DNA of 64,000 nucleotides from an uncultured Anaerotruncus sp. (GTDB lineage Bacteria > Bacillota > Clostridia > Oscillospirales > CAG-272): assembly GCA_902461815.1 (NCBI GenBank), contig CABPZE010000003.1:10544-74543 (forward strand). The letters run 5' to 3'. A program made the position numbers and the translations under genes. Below are positions 47,069 to 56,809 of the stretch, piece by piece. Position 1 is the first letter of the stretch; each line of letters begins with the position of its first letter. The notes beneath the pieces were generated by a model, which was not told the origin of the DNA, did not search any database, and saw nothing but the letters and a program-made list of their open reading frames with translations.

Positions 47069-49330
47069 TTATGTGACCGTAAAGGCTTTTGACAGCACCG
47101 TGACGGTGGTCTTTGAGCCGGTAGTGTTCATTGTGGTTGCGTAAAGCCGGTAGGTGTAGCTTCCGGCGGCAAGGTTTGCCGTAGTCACCGAGCTGTTTAG
47201 GTTGGCTACATTATATGTGTATGTCTTGGGATTCACCGCCTTTGACACCTTTACATTGCCCGCGGAGTCGGTGATGACCAGCTTTACCTCGTAAAGTCCG
47301 GCGTCCGATTCGATCGTACCCTTGAAGGTGAAGTCTGTACCCGCGGTAAGTGACGTCGGATATTCCGCCCCGGTAATGCGTGTCCACACCGCATAGAAGG
47401 TGATGATGTCGCGGTCTGTCGAGGAGGTCTTGGCTACACTGCATCCATCAGAATATGCCTTCAGGAAATATCCCGAGGTACTGTCCCCGACCGCGATCCA
47501 TTTGTCGCTGTACGAGGAGGAATCCTTGTATATCCAGCTGTTGTCCGACATACGGTGAGCTATCCAGCCACTGAACAGATATCCCGACCTTGTGAAGGTA
47601 TTGGCGCGTATGGCGGTGGAGGTGCCGTAAACGACCTTTGTGTCGCTCATGCTGCCCGAGCCTCCGTTGGCGTCGTAGCGGATATAGAAGCTGGTCGTTC
47701 CGGTGGAGTTGGGCTTCCACTGCGCGTAGCAGGTTATGGTGTCGCCGTTGACGCTTGTCAGCTGGGACACCTTGCGTTTGTTCTCGTAAAGGGCAAGCCT
47801 TGAGCCGACAGGCTGAGAACCCTTGGTGTACCATCTCGCAGTACCGTCGGTATCGAAGTAGAGCCATTTTCCGTCCGAGGAGCGCTTGAGATACCAGCCG
47901 ATAAAGGTATTACCGCTTTTTACGAAGGTGTTGGGTCTGAGGCGGGTGGATATGCCCTTTATGTGGCGGGTGGCATTCATTTTGAAGTGTGAATCGTCGG
48001 TTCCCACTTTGCCGCCGTTGGCATTGTATTTTACCGTGTAGACGATGCTGTTTTCATCGGCTATCGGGACGAGGGCGGTGCTGCCGCGGTTGTAATTTAT
48101 TTTATATATTCCTTCCTTTGAAGCGGAGCTTGCGTTGGTGTTGAAATACATCTTGAGGTCTCCGGTCGTACCCTGACTGGTGCGGAAGCCGCAGGATTCG
48201 ATCTCAAACAGCGTCTGGCTTGTGTCCTTTATGCGGAAGGTGAGCGTGCATGGGAAGAGCAGACGTGAATAATCGGTATTGGAATTGAGAAGCGTGGTGG
48301 TGAGCAGTCCCGAAACGTCATATACGAGTATTACGTTATCGTTAGAGCTTGAGCCGTCCATGTTGCTCTTGTAGAGGGGAACGTATATCGCGCTCTGGTC
48401 GGAGCTGTATCCGAACCCTTGGTTTATCCAGGTCTCGACATTGTCAAGCGTGCCGTAGGAGGAGCTGCTGAGCGCATATACGGCGTTGCGGGTGTCGATT
48501 GAAAACGCTTTGTAGCAGGTTACGGAGGTGGGGGCGGATGCACTGCCTCCTTTGGCTCCCTCGGCTACGCGGAAGGTGTAGAAGCTCATTCCGGACTTTA
48601 CAAGGAAGTAAAGATATCCTCCGGTGCGGCGTATACCGCGTATCGAGCTTACCGTAAAGGCGTTGCCGGAGGAGTTCACCGTTTTGAAATAACCGGTGAA
48701 GTAAAGCTTGGTCCCGCTTATTTTTAGTCTTGCAACAGTTTTTCCGGAAATACCTGTTGCAACATACATATAGTTGACGGAACTGCCGTTTTCGGTTACG
48801 GATACGACGGTAAGGTCGTTTGCGTGACCAAGCGTGGTACAGTTTGAAGCACTTGTGGCGCTGAGGCTGGAATAATAGCTCATTTCAACCTGCTCGCCGG
48901 TGTTTGAGTTGGTGCGAATTATCGAGGCGCGCTGTTCGTCCTTGTGTATCTTGACGGTGTATATGTAGGTTGTTCCCACATTCATGCCCTGCATTGCAGT
49001 GCAGGTAAGCCCGCCTATTGTTTTGTTGGGAACGGTCTTGAAAAGCGAAATGTCAGAGGAGGTGTAGCTCTTGTATCCGGAATAGGAATACGCAAGGCTC
49101 GTGGCGCGCGCATACCCGTTGTCGGCAAGATCCGCGTTTACGGTATAAAGCGCGTCGGCAGCAAGACCGGAAAGGTCATCCTCCTCCTCGTCGGCGTAAA
49201 CGGCGTCAAAGCCGTCGCTGACTGCGGGTGTGTCGGTTTGTTTTGCGGAAAAGAGAATGAGAAGCGGTGCGGCAACGCCCATAAGGGCGACCAGCATAAC
49301 GCAAAGGATAGCGCTCAAGGTTTTTTTCAT
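47069..49330 (-). CDS. Secreted protein: unassigned ~430-aa N-terminal region + three InlB B-repeat-type domains + Ig-like C-terminus
   Basis: Start set to MKKTLSAILCVML at 49330 (GAAGGGAG SD) rather than 49441. Repeats YTVKYNANGG...FIGWY and FYIRYDANGG...FSGW. No LPXTG motif. Confidence 0.7.
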   Translation of the reverse strand: MKKTLSAILCVMLVALMGVAAPLLILFSAKQTDTPAVSDGFDAVYADEEEDDLSGLAADALYTVNADLADNGYARATSLAYSYSGYKSYTSSDISLFKTVPNKTIGGLTCTAMQGMNVGTTYIYTVKIHKDEQRASIIRTNSNTGEQVEMSYYSSLSATSASNCTTLGHANDLTVVSVTENGSSVNYMYVATGISGKTVARLKISGTKLYFTGYFKTVNSSGNAFTVSSIRGIRRTGGYLYFLVKSGMSFYTFRVAEGAKGGSASAPTSVTCYKAFSIDTRNAVYALSSSSYGTLDNVETWINQGFGYSSDQSAIYVPLYKSNMDGSSSNDNVILVYDVSGLLTTTLLNSNTDYSRLLFPCTLTFRIKDTSQTLFEIESCGFRTSQGTTGDLKMYFNTNASSASKEGIYKINYNRGSTALVPIADENSIVYTVKYNANGGKVGTDDSHFKMNATRHIKGISTRLRPNTFVKSGNTFIGWYLKRSSDGKWLYFDTDGTARWYTKGSQPVGSRLALYENKRKVSQLTSVNGDTITCYAQWKPNSTGTTSFYIRYDANGGSGSMSDTKVVYGTSTAIRANTFTRSGYLFSGWIAHRMSDNSWIYKDSSSYSDKWIAVGDSTSGYFLKAYSDGCSVAKTSSTDRDIITFYAVWTRITGAEYPTSLTAGTDFTFKGTIESDAGLYEVKLVITDSAGNVKVSKAVNPKTYTYNVANLNSSVTTANLAAGSYTYRLYATTMNTTGSKTTVTVLSKAFTVT

Positions 49331-49623
49331 GATGCTTACTCCCTTCAGAATAGTGACACGAAGCTGTGCTTCGTGAGGTAAGGTGAAGCGAAAGCGTCTG
49401 CCTTTCAGCTTTTGTTTACAGAGATGATAGATGCTGTACATAAGCCGGAAGCCTGTGGCGTCGGCATTGTCGGCGGCACGAGCCGGGCTGTTTTTCCGGC
49501 TGGCTTACGGGATTCAAAACCGCGCTGCCCGATAATTATCGGCGCATATCCCTGCGGACAGGCGCGCTCTCATGGTCTTCCCCTCCTTTCATGCTTTACT
49601 GCGGCAAAGACATCCGCAAGACC

Positions 49624-49652
49624 ATTATATAAAAAAATCACATAGGTGTCAA
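49624..49652 (-). promoter_or_regulatory. Consensus sigma-A-type promoter (TTGACA-17-TATAAT)
   Basis: Minus strand: TTGACA cctatgtgattttttta TATAAT. It would give a ~290-nt leader to the 49330 start. Confidence 0.65.
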
Positions 49653-49716
49653 CATTTTTTTGTCGGACAATGACGGCTCTGATAATAAAAAAAGTTATCC
49701 CCGCCGGACGGACATC

Positions 49717-49755
49717 GAAAAGCTCCCCGCTGAATTTCGTCAGCGGGGAGCTTTC
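49717..49755 (-). terminator. Intrinsic terminator after the SbcC-like gene
   Basis: GAAAGCTCCCCGCTGA-loop-TCAGCGGGGAGCTTTTC followed by TTTTCG on the minus strand. Confidence 0.8.
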
Positions 49756-49804
49756 AATACAATATTTTTGTTTTCAGTCTGTACTCTGCAAAGTCTGCTC
49801 TCTT

Positions 49805-52165
49805 TTATTTTCCGACCCTTATACAGTTATATTTCTCGCCGAGAGAATCAAGCATGGTCTCCTCGCGGCTCTGGCAGGTGAAGATCAGGCACTGACCGCC
49901 GCCGGAGCTCATCCTGCGGCAAAGTGAGGAAAGCAACCCGCGCGCGCGGTCGTCGTCCATCATAGCCAGCGACTCGTCAAAGAGCAGCGGCGGCGCGGAT
50001 CTCGGAAAGAGCAGACCTACAAGCGCCATGCGCAGTGAAAAATACGCCGCGTCCCGCGTTCCCACGCTGAGGGCTGAAACGGGTCGTGTCCCCGCTTCTG
50101 TTCCCACCGTTACCGAAAGGTCGGTTCCGACCCCGAACTCTGTGTACTTGCCCCCGGTAAGCTCCGACATTACCGCTCCCGCGTCCCGCCGCAGTCTCGG
50201 AGTCACGCCAAGCCGCAGTGAATTGCCCGCGCCTTCAATGGCGGAGGAGGCAAGAGTTATAGCCTCAAGCTGACGGCGGCAGCTCTCCGTCTCGGCGGCG
50301 GCGGCTTCCCACTGGGGATAGAGCCGCACCGGGCTTTCCGCAGTTGCCTCAAGCGCCGCAAGCCGTTTTTCAAGCTCCACGCGCCTTGCTTCGGTCTTGT
50401 CAAGACGCGCGCGGTCAAAGTCACGCGCCTTTTTCAGATCGCTGAGATTCTGCCCCGCAAGCGCCTGCTCGACGGGGGCTATGCGCGCCCGCAGTGCAGT
50501 CTCGTCCTCTCCGGCAAGGGAGGAGGCAGTCTCCTCGACCGACGTCTCGTATTTGTCTATGTCACGCGCCAGCTTCTCGCGTTCCTCGCAGAAGCCGCGC
50601 GCGCGCTCCGCCATAGCGGTAAGCATATTGATGATTTCGCCGACATCGCGGGAATCGGTCTTTACCCCGCCCTTTTCAAGCAGCCCGCGCGCCTCATCCA
50701 GTGCGGCGTCGGTCGCCGCGCTTTTTTGCGCAAGCTCTGCGTCAAGGCGGGAAAGCAGCGCTCTCAGCTCTGCGCGTTCACTTGCGGCATCGGAAGCGCC
50801 GCGCACCGCCGCATCAAGCTCCTCGGCAGTCGGAAGCACCTTGGATCTTTCTCCGCCACGAACCGCAAAAAACTCCGCAAGCGCGGCACACCTGCGCTTT
50901 TTGCCGGATCTTACGGCAAGGCAGACAGCCCCGGCAACGGCGGCGGCAGCTCCCACACCCACAATCACGGCGGCGCAGATAAGCATAGCATAATTCAAAA
51001 GGTTGAAATAAACCAGCACCGCACCCGCGGCAACGGCGGCAAGTCCGAGCGCAAGCAGTATCGCGCCCGTCGAGGCAAGACGTTTCACAGCCGCGCGCCT
51101 CGCGGCATATTCGCGCGGAACATCGCTTTCCCAACCGTCTCCGAGCTTCCTTTGCGCCGCGTCTCCGATGTCTGCCAGCTCCTCATGCTCGATCCTTCCG
51201 CCTCTTATGCGGCTTACCGATTCATAAGCGTCAAGCCTTGCGCTTTCGGCGGCGTCAAGCCTGCGGGCGGCAGAGTCAAGAGCCGGCGCATACTCGCGGT
51301 CTGGCAGATAGCTGCCAAAGCTCCCGTCCGCCTCAAGCGCAGCCTTCTGCTCGCGCAGCTGAGCGATCTTGCGCTCCCCGGCGTGGAGCATATCAAAACG
51401 GCGCAGTGTCTGAAGCCCGCCGTATGCCGAAAGCCTGTCCTCGTTGGCGTTCAGTGATTTGCGTATATCAGACGCGAGTGAGCGGCATCTTTCCGCCTGA
51501 GACTGTGCCTCGCGGATATTTACCGCCGACTGCTCGGCGCGCTCAAGCCTTGCCGCAAGCTCGTCGCGGCGGCGCTCAAGAACGGTCAGTCTGCCCTCTC
51601 CGCGTGCGTTTTTCAGCGAACGCCGGGCAGCGCCCAAACGGTTCAGCGCGTTTTTGACGCTGACCGTCGCATCCGCCGAAAAGAGCATATTTTCGATCGC
51701 CTCGCCGACCCCCGCGCCGTCAAGCTCGCCGAGATTGAGCTGACGTATGCAGGCGGTGCTGTCAAATACCGTCTGCGAAACTCCGAGCAGCACGCGCCCG
51801 GGAACCTCGCCCTTGTGTACCTCGCTTCCGGTGGCAAGGTCGATAATGCGAACCCGGTCGGTGCAGCTTTCCCGCGCGCCGGATATGGCGGCGCGGCGCT
51901 CGATGCGGTATTCCTTACCCTCCGACTCCACGGTAATGCTTCCGTCGGCGGCGGAGCTTTTCCAGTTCAGCGCGCGGTCGCGCTCGGCTGCCCCCTCCTC
52001 GCCGCGCCGGGCAGGAAGGCCGTACAGCACAAAGCGCAAAAAGCCTATTATCGAGCTTTTGCCCGACTCGTTGACTCCCTCGATAAGATTGACGCCCGGA
52101 AGCAGGTCGGCGCTGAAGTCCTCAAGAGGACCAAATTCCTTAATCTCAACATGTTTTATTATCAA
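49805..52165 (-). CDS. SMC/SbcC-like AAA ATPase (YhaN/SbcE-like) with central hydrophobic hairpin
   Basis: 786 aa. N-terminal Walker A EGVNESGKSS, long coiled-coil Ala/Arg/Glu-rich arms, C-terminal PLLFDESLAMMD Walker B. Two predicted TM helices mid-protein. Confidence 0.75.
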   Translation of the reverse strand: MIIKHVEIKEFGPLEDFSADLLPGVNLIEGVNESGKSSIIGFLRFVLYGLPARRGEEGAAERDRALNWKSSAADGSITVESEGKEYRIERRAAISGARESCTDRVRIIDLATGSEVHKGEVPGRVLLGVSQTVFDSTACIRQLNLGELDGAGVGEAIENMLFSADATVSVKNALNRLGAARRSLKNARGEGRLTVLERRRDELAARLERAEQSAVNIREAQSQAERCRSLASDIRKSLNANEDRLSAYGGLQTLRRFDMLHAGERKIAQLREQKAALEADGSFGSYLPDREYAPALDSAARRLDAAESARLDAYESVSRIRGGRIEHEELADIGDAAQRKLGDGWESDVPREYAARRAAVKRLASTGAILLALGLAAVAAGAVLVYFNLLNYAMLICAAVIVGVGAAAAVAGAVCLAVRSGKKRRCAALAEFFAVRGGERSKVLPTAEELDAAVRGASDAASERAELRALLSRLDAELAQKSAATDAALDEARGLLEKGGVKTDSRDVGEIINMLTAMAERARGFCEEREKLARDIDKYETSVEETASSLAGEDETALRARIAPVEQALAGQNLSDLKKARDFDRARLDKTEARRVELEKRLAALEATAESPVRLYPQWEAAAAETESCRRQLEAITLASSAIEGAGNSLRLGVTPRLRRDAGAVMSELTGGKYTEFGVGTDLSVTVGTEAGTRPVSALSVGTRDAAYFSLRMALVGLLFPRSAPPLLFDESLAMMDDDRARGLLSSLCRRMSSGGGQCLIFTCQSREETMLDSLGEKYNCIRVGK

Positions 52166-53325
52166 TTTGAGCCTCCCTCGTCAAGAAAAGGTCTGCCGTC
52201 AAGCGCGCGAAGCCCTATCCGCAGTGCTGACGCGGCAGTGCGGCGTTCCTCCGGGCTTCCGTTCTGCATCATTGGCAGGAGGGTACGGTAAAGCTCACCG
52301 CGGACGGTCATATCCTCGGCAAGCGCCCCGCCGTCCATGAGAGGCAGAGTGCCGTCGGTAATTTCAAGTGAATAAAGCGAATATCCCTCCGCACTCTCTG
52401 CCGCGCCGCGTATTTTGCGGACATCGGGCAGATATTCGGCAGGAACCTCACCTGTCAGTGAAAGGCTCAGCGACGTAGCTCCCGGCTGTTCGAGCTTTTC
52501 TATGGCTTGGGTCACGGCGGCGGCAGCTTCCGCATCGCTTCCGGCTCCGCTGATATTGACGGAAGTGCAAAGATAGCGATGCTCGCCGACGCACACGCGG
52601 CGAATGTCACTCACCCGCCCGTCCTCAAAGGTTATCACCGATACCGCGCCGAAGCCCTGCTCGTCAAAGCCGCGTCCCTCGGGAAATCCGCAGTATGCCG
52701 CAAGCGTTTTTCCGTAGAGTGTCGGTTCGGGAGGGTTGTGGATATGTCCCAGAGCCGCAAGCGCCAGCCCACTGTCGGCAAGCTCACGCGGGGTAAGCGG
52801 AGCATATTTTGAGATCGGGGACAGAATATCCGCGTGGGCACAGAGCACGCCCACCCTTCCCGGGCGTTCAAGACTGCCCCTACCCGACAGCGGACTCTGC
52901 TCCATACGGTCGCAGTTGAAGGCATATCCCCAAACAGTCAGCGCAAGCTCCGGGAAATCAAAGCATGACAGCTCCTCCGACCTGAATATATGTACATTCT
53001 CCGGGAAGCCGGAGCTGCGCGACGCCCACACACTTCCCTCGGTATACGGGTCGTGATTTCCGGGGGAGATCACAACAGGACCGCCAAAGCCCGCAAAAGC
53101 CTCGCTCATGGCGGCAACGGTGTCGGGGCAGATGTATGAGCAGTCAAATACGTCTCCGGATATCAGCACCGCGCCGCATCCCTCATCAGAGGCAAGGCGC
53201 AGCACGCGGGAAAAGGCGCGGCAAAGACCGCGCCGCCTTTCCTCGCCGCGCGCGGGGTCGGCGGCGGACAGTGAGGAAAAGGGCGAATCAAGGTGAAAGT
53301 CCCCGCAGTGCAGAATTTTAAGCAT
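52162..53325 (-). CDS. SbcD/Mre11-like metallophosphoesterase (YhaO/SbcF-like)
   Basis: 387 aa. Motifs ILHCGDFHLD, ISGDVFD, GNHD. 4-nt overlap with the ATPase gene. Confidence 0.8.
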   Translation of the reverse strand: MLKILHCGDFHLDSPFSSLSAADPARGEERRRGLCRAFSRVLRLASDEGCGAVLISGDVFDCSYICPDTVAAMSEAFAGFGGPVVISPGNHDPYTEGSVWASRSSGFPENVHIFRSEELSCFDFPELALTVWGYAFNCDRMEQSPLSGRGSLERPGRVGVLCAHADILSPISKYAPLTPRELADSGLALAALGHIHNPPEPTLYGKTLAAYCGFPEGRGFDEQGFGAVSVITFEDGRVSDIRRVCVGEHRYLCTSVNISGAGSDAEAAAAVTQAIEKLEQPGATSLSLSLTGEVPAEYLPDVRKIRGAAESAEGYSLYSLEITDGTLPLMDGGALAEDMTVRGELYRTLLPMMQNGSPEERRTAASALRIGLRALDGRPFLDEGGSN

Positions 53326-53358
53326 CTGTATGCTCTCCTTTCAGCTTTTAGCGGTGTA

Positions 53359-54903
53359 TCAGTCGCGTGCTTCAAGACCGACCGAGCCGGTAAAACGCAA
53401 AAACGCCGCCCTTCCGTCCGGAGTGTCCTTGAACACGCCCGCGTCGCGCAGCACCCCGACAAAGGTGTTGCCTATCTCGGCGCGGAGCATGGTTATTATC
53501 TCGTATGTGCTGTCAAGTCTGCCGTATCTGCCGCGGAAGGCTTCAAGCCACGCGGCGTGCTTGCCGCATACCGGGTCGGAGGCAATATCCGCGTCAGCAA
53601 GGATAAGGGAAGCAAGCCGCTCGGTCTCGCTCTTCAGTCGCGAGGGCAGTACGGCAAGTCCCATGACCTCAATAAGTCCTATGTTTTCTTTCTTTATATT
53701 ATGCTTGTCGGGATGCGGATGGAAGACGCCAAGCGGCAGCTCGGGTGTGGTAAGATTGTTGCGCAGTACCAGATCAAGCTCGTAATCCTCGCCGCGTCGA
53801 CGTGCTATCGGAGTTACCGTGTTGTGCGGCTCACCATCCGAATGGTCAAAAACCATCGCCGCAGGGTCGCTGTAGCCGCGCCATGCCTCAAGTATGCGGT
53901 CGGCAAGGGAAACAAGGCTTTCACGCTCTGCCGCGCGCAGGCGGATGACAGACATCGGCCAGCGCACTATCCCGGCGCTGACGGAGGGATAATCCGGTAT
54001 CCGTAGCTCCTGAGCTATGGGAGCACGCGCCATGGGAAATTCGTAGCAGCCGCCCTGCATATGGTCGTGTGTCAGAATTGAGCCGCCGACGACCGGAAGA
54101 TCGGCGTTTGAACCGATGAAATAATGAGGAAGCAGAGTGACAAAATCCAAAAGACGCACAAAGGTGTCATGGGATATGCGCATCGGCTCATGCCGGGGAG
54201 AGAGCACTATGCAATGCTCATTGTAATAAACATACGGCGAATACTGCATATACCACTCCTCGCCGCCGAGCGGAAGCGCTATCTGGCGCAGATTCTGCCG
54301 TGCGGGTGCGACCGCGCTGCCCGGAAAGCCCACGTTTTCATGGCAGAGCAGGCAGGAGGGGTAGCCGCTTTTGGGAGCGGAGAGCGCCGCGGCAATGTCG
54401 CGCGGGTCCTTTTCGGGCTTTGACATATTTATTGAAATATCAATATCTCCGTACTCCGACGGCACTCTCCAGCGCAGATCCCGCGCGACGCGGGAGGCGC
54501 GTATGTAGTTGCAGTCGCGGCACATACGGTAGAAATTATCTGTGGCAAGCTGACGCGATACATCCATATCTGCGGCAAAGCGCGCGCTGACCTCACCGGG
54601 GCGCGGGGTAAGATGCCCCATCAGCCGTGTGTCAAAGTTGTCCCGCGAGGAGGTGGTGTCGGGGATTATCCCGTTTTCCACCGCGCAGTCGCAAAGCGCG
54701 CAAAGCAGATTTTCAAGCCGTATCTCCGGTGGCTCGGAGGGTGTCGCAGAGGGGGCGCAGTCGGTAAAAACAGAAAGATGCATATCCTCGCAAAGCGCGT
54801 TTGCCACCCATACCCTGTCGTCGCGGGAAATAAGTCCGCGCTCCTCTCCATAGTCGCACAGCGCGGCAATAAGTCCGTTTATTTTTTCGGTGTTCTGAAG
54901 CAT
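53359..54903 (-). CDS. galT: UDP-glucose--hexose-1-phosphate uridylyltransferase (type 2 GalT)
   Basis: 514 aa with CLLCHENVGF motif. Length is typical of Firmicute GalT. Confidence 0.8.
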   Translation of the reverse strand: MLQNTEKINGLIAALCDYGEERGLISRDDRVWVANALCEDMHLSVFTDCAPSATPSEPPEIRLENLLCALCDCAVENGIIPDTTSSRDNFDTRLMGHLTPRPGEVSARFAADMDVSRQLATDNFYRMCRDCNYIRASRVARDLRWRVPSEYGDIDISINMSKPEKDPRDIAAALSAPKSGYPSCLLCHENVGFPGSAVAPARQNLRQIALPLGGEEWYMQYSPYVYYNEHCIVLSPRHEPMRISHDTFVRLLDFVTLLPHYFIGSNADLPVVGGSILTHDHMQGGCYEFPMARAPIAQELRIPDYPSVSAGIVRWPMSVIRLRAAERESLVSLADRILEAWRGYSDPAAMVFDHSDGEPHNTVTPIARRRGEDYELDLVLRNNLTTPELPLGVFHPHPDKHNIKKENIGLIEVMGLAVLPSRLKSETERLASLILADADIASDPVCGKHAAWLEAFRGRYGRLDSTYEIITMLRAEIGNTFVGVLRDAGVFKDTPDGRAAFLRFTGSVGLEARD

Positions 54904-55100
54904 GATAGTAAGCCGTTCCTTTCGCCGGGGAGACCGGAACCTGAAAATGTAATAATCATATATATTATATCACTAAAACGCAGGGCTGTAAAGCGCCCGG
55001 GCGACATTAAAAGCGTTTTTTCGCCGCCCCATGACCTCATCGCGCCCATGCGCCATGCGCCGCTGTATTTTTTAATTTCTTTTTAATTTGATTTTTTATA

Positions 55101-55129
55101 TTGAAATACCTCGCCCGATGCGGTATAAT
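55101..55129 (+). promoter_or_regulatory. Sigma-A-type promoter (TTGAAA-17-TATAAT)
   Basis: Located 70 nt upstream of the DUF1846 gene. Confidence 0.6.
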
Positions 55130-55199
55130 GTTAAGGCAGTGCTGACGGATCCTTACCCGCCGCGCTGCCTTCAATACCGTTTTTCTGAGGGGATCAATT

Positions 55200-56684
55200 A
55201 TGTATCACATCGGCTTTGACAACGAAAAATATCTCAAGCTCCAGTCCGAGCATATACGCGAGCGCATCTCCGAGTTCGGCGGTAAGCTCTATCTTGAATT
55301 CGGCGGCAAGCTGTACGACGATTATCACGCCTCCCGCGTTCTGCCCGGCTTTGCCCCCGACAGCAAGCTGCGTATGCTGCTTGAGCTTAAGGAGCAGGCG
55401 GAGATAGTAATTGTCATAAACGCCGGAGACATTGAAAAAAACAAAAAACGCGGCGACCTCGGCATCACCTATGACGAGGACGTGCTGCGCCTTATCGACA
55501 TTTTCCGCCATTTCGGGCTTTACGTCGGCAGCGTGGTGCTTACGCGCTATGAGTCACAGCCCGCGGCGCGCGCCTTCCGCGCAAAGCTCGAAGCTCTCGG
55601 CATCCCCGTATACCGCCATTATTCTATCGAAGGCTACCCCTCAAACGTAAAAAAGATAATAAGTCCCGAGGGCTACGGCAAGAACGACTGGATAGAAACC
55701 ACCCGTCCCCTTGTCGTCGTGACCGCCCCCGGTCCCGGAAGCGGCAAAATGGCAGTCTGCCTTTCTCAGATATACAACGACAACGCGCGCGGCATCAAAT
55801 CCGGCTACGCCAAATTCGAGACCTTCCCCATCTGGAATCTTCCGCTGCGTCACCCCGTCAACATCGCGTACGAGGCGGCGACCACCGATCTTTCCGACAT
55901 CAACATGATAGACCCCTTCCACCTTGACGCATACGGCGTCACCACCGTCAACTATAACCGCGACATCGAGATCTTCCCCGTCGTTTCGGCAACGCTTGAA
56001 ATGATACTCGGCAAATGCCCCTACAAGTCCCCAACCGACATGGGCGTGAACATGGCGGGCTTTTGCATAACCGATGACGAGGCGGTGCGCGCGGCGGCAA
56101 AGCAGGAGATAATACGACGCTACTACGGCGCGCTGTGCGAGCAGAAGCGCGGCAACATCAGTGCCGACGTTGTCTACAAGCACGAGCTGCAAATGAAGCA
56201 GGCGGGACTCTCCGCCGATGACCGCCCGGTAGTCGGCGCGGCGCTTGCCAAAGCCGCCGAGTCGGGCACTCCCTCCGCGGCGCTTGAGCTTCCGGACGGC
56301 AGAATAGTTACCGGAAAGACCTCAAACCTGCTCGGCGCGTCTGCGGCAATGCTTATGAACGCGCTGAAGGCGCTGGCAGGGATCGACGATTCACTTAAGC
56401 TCATCTCCCCCGCCATCCTTGAGCCGATACAGCACCTGAAGGTAGATTATCTTGGAAACCACAACCCGCGCCTGCACACCGACGAGCTGCTTATCGCGCT
56501 GTCGGTCTGTGCCGTGACCTCCCCCGCCGCCGAGCGGGCTACCGAGCAGCTTGCACTGCTTCGCGGCTGTGAGGCTCACTCCACCGTGATACTTTCACAG
56601 GTGGATGAAAACCTGCTCAAAAAGCTCGGCGTCAACATTACATACGAGCCGGTTTATCAGACGAAAAAGCTTTATCACAAATAA
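55200..56684 (+). CDS. DUF1846 (UPF0371) family protein
   Basis: 494 aa. [18 protein letters not shown]...[17 protein letters not shown] is typical of UPF0371. Confidence 0.8.
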   Translation: MYHIGFDNEKYLKLQSEHIRERISEFGGKLYLEFGGKLYDDYHASRVLPGFAPDSKLRMLLELKEQAEIVIVINAGDIEKNKKRGDLGITYDEDVLRLIDIFRHFGLYVGSVVLTRYESQPAARAFRAKLEALGIPVYRHYSIEGYPSNVKKIISPEGYGKNDWIETTRPLVVVTAPGPGSGKMAVCLSQIYNDNARGIKSGYAKFETFPIWNLPLRHPVNIAYEAATTDLSDINMIDPFHLDAYGVTTVNYNRDIEIFPVVSATLEMILGKCPYKSPTDMGVNMAGFCITDDEAVRAAAKQEIIRRYYGALCEQKRGNISADVVYKHELQMKQAGLSADDRPVVGAALAKAAESGTPSAALELPDGRIVTGKTSNLLGASAAMLMNALKALAGIDDSLKLISPAILEPIQHLKVDYLGNHNPRLHTDELLIALSVCAVTSPAAERATEQLALLRGCEAHSTVILSQVDENLLKKLGVNITYEPVYQTKKLYHK

Positions 56685-56809
56685 TTAACATATGTTTACA
56701 GATTACCGTTGATTTGACCGACGCGTGACGGTAAAATAATATTTACAGTCACCCCTCACCCCTCACCCCTGCGCAAAACGCAGAACCGCCCAAAGAAAGG
56801 AAGTAAAAA

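Noticed and set aside
49331-49441. N-terminal 37-aa extension of the secreted protein ORF (start at 49441). Similar upstream extensions occur at 7633, 13716, 16255, 18085, 18765, 32820, 40464 and 60290.
   Set aside because: The internal ATGs have proper SD spacing, restore typical N-termini (signal peptide or conserved first motif) and remove overlaps with neighbouring genes.
49331-49617. c-di-GMP (GEMM-I/II), T-box or other known riboswitch in the long leader.
   Set aside because: I could not find the conserved cores I remember (for example GCACAGGGCAAACC / GGGACGCAAAGCC for GEMM-I, or the T-box AGGGUGGUACCGCG). This needs cmscan to be certain.
49805-53325. SbcC/SbcD-like pair considered as a phage-defence module (Lamassu/Gabija/Wadjet-like).
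   Set aside because: The domain order, 4-nt coupled metallophosphoesterase and core-gene neighbourhood fit the housekeeping YhaO/YhaN-type repair pair. No additional defence-specific partners are present.
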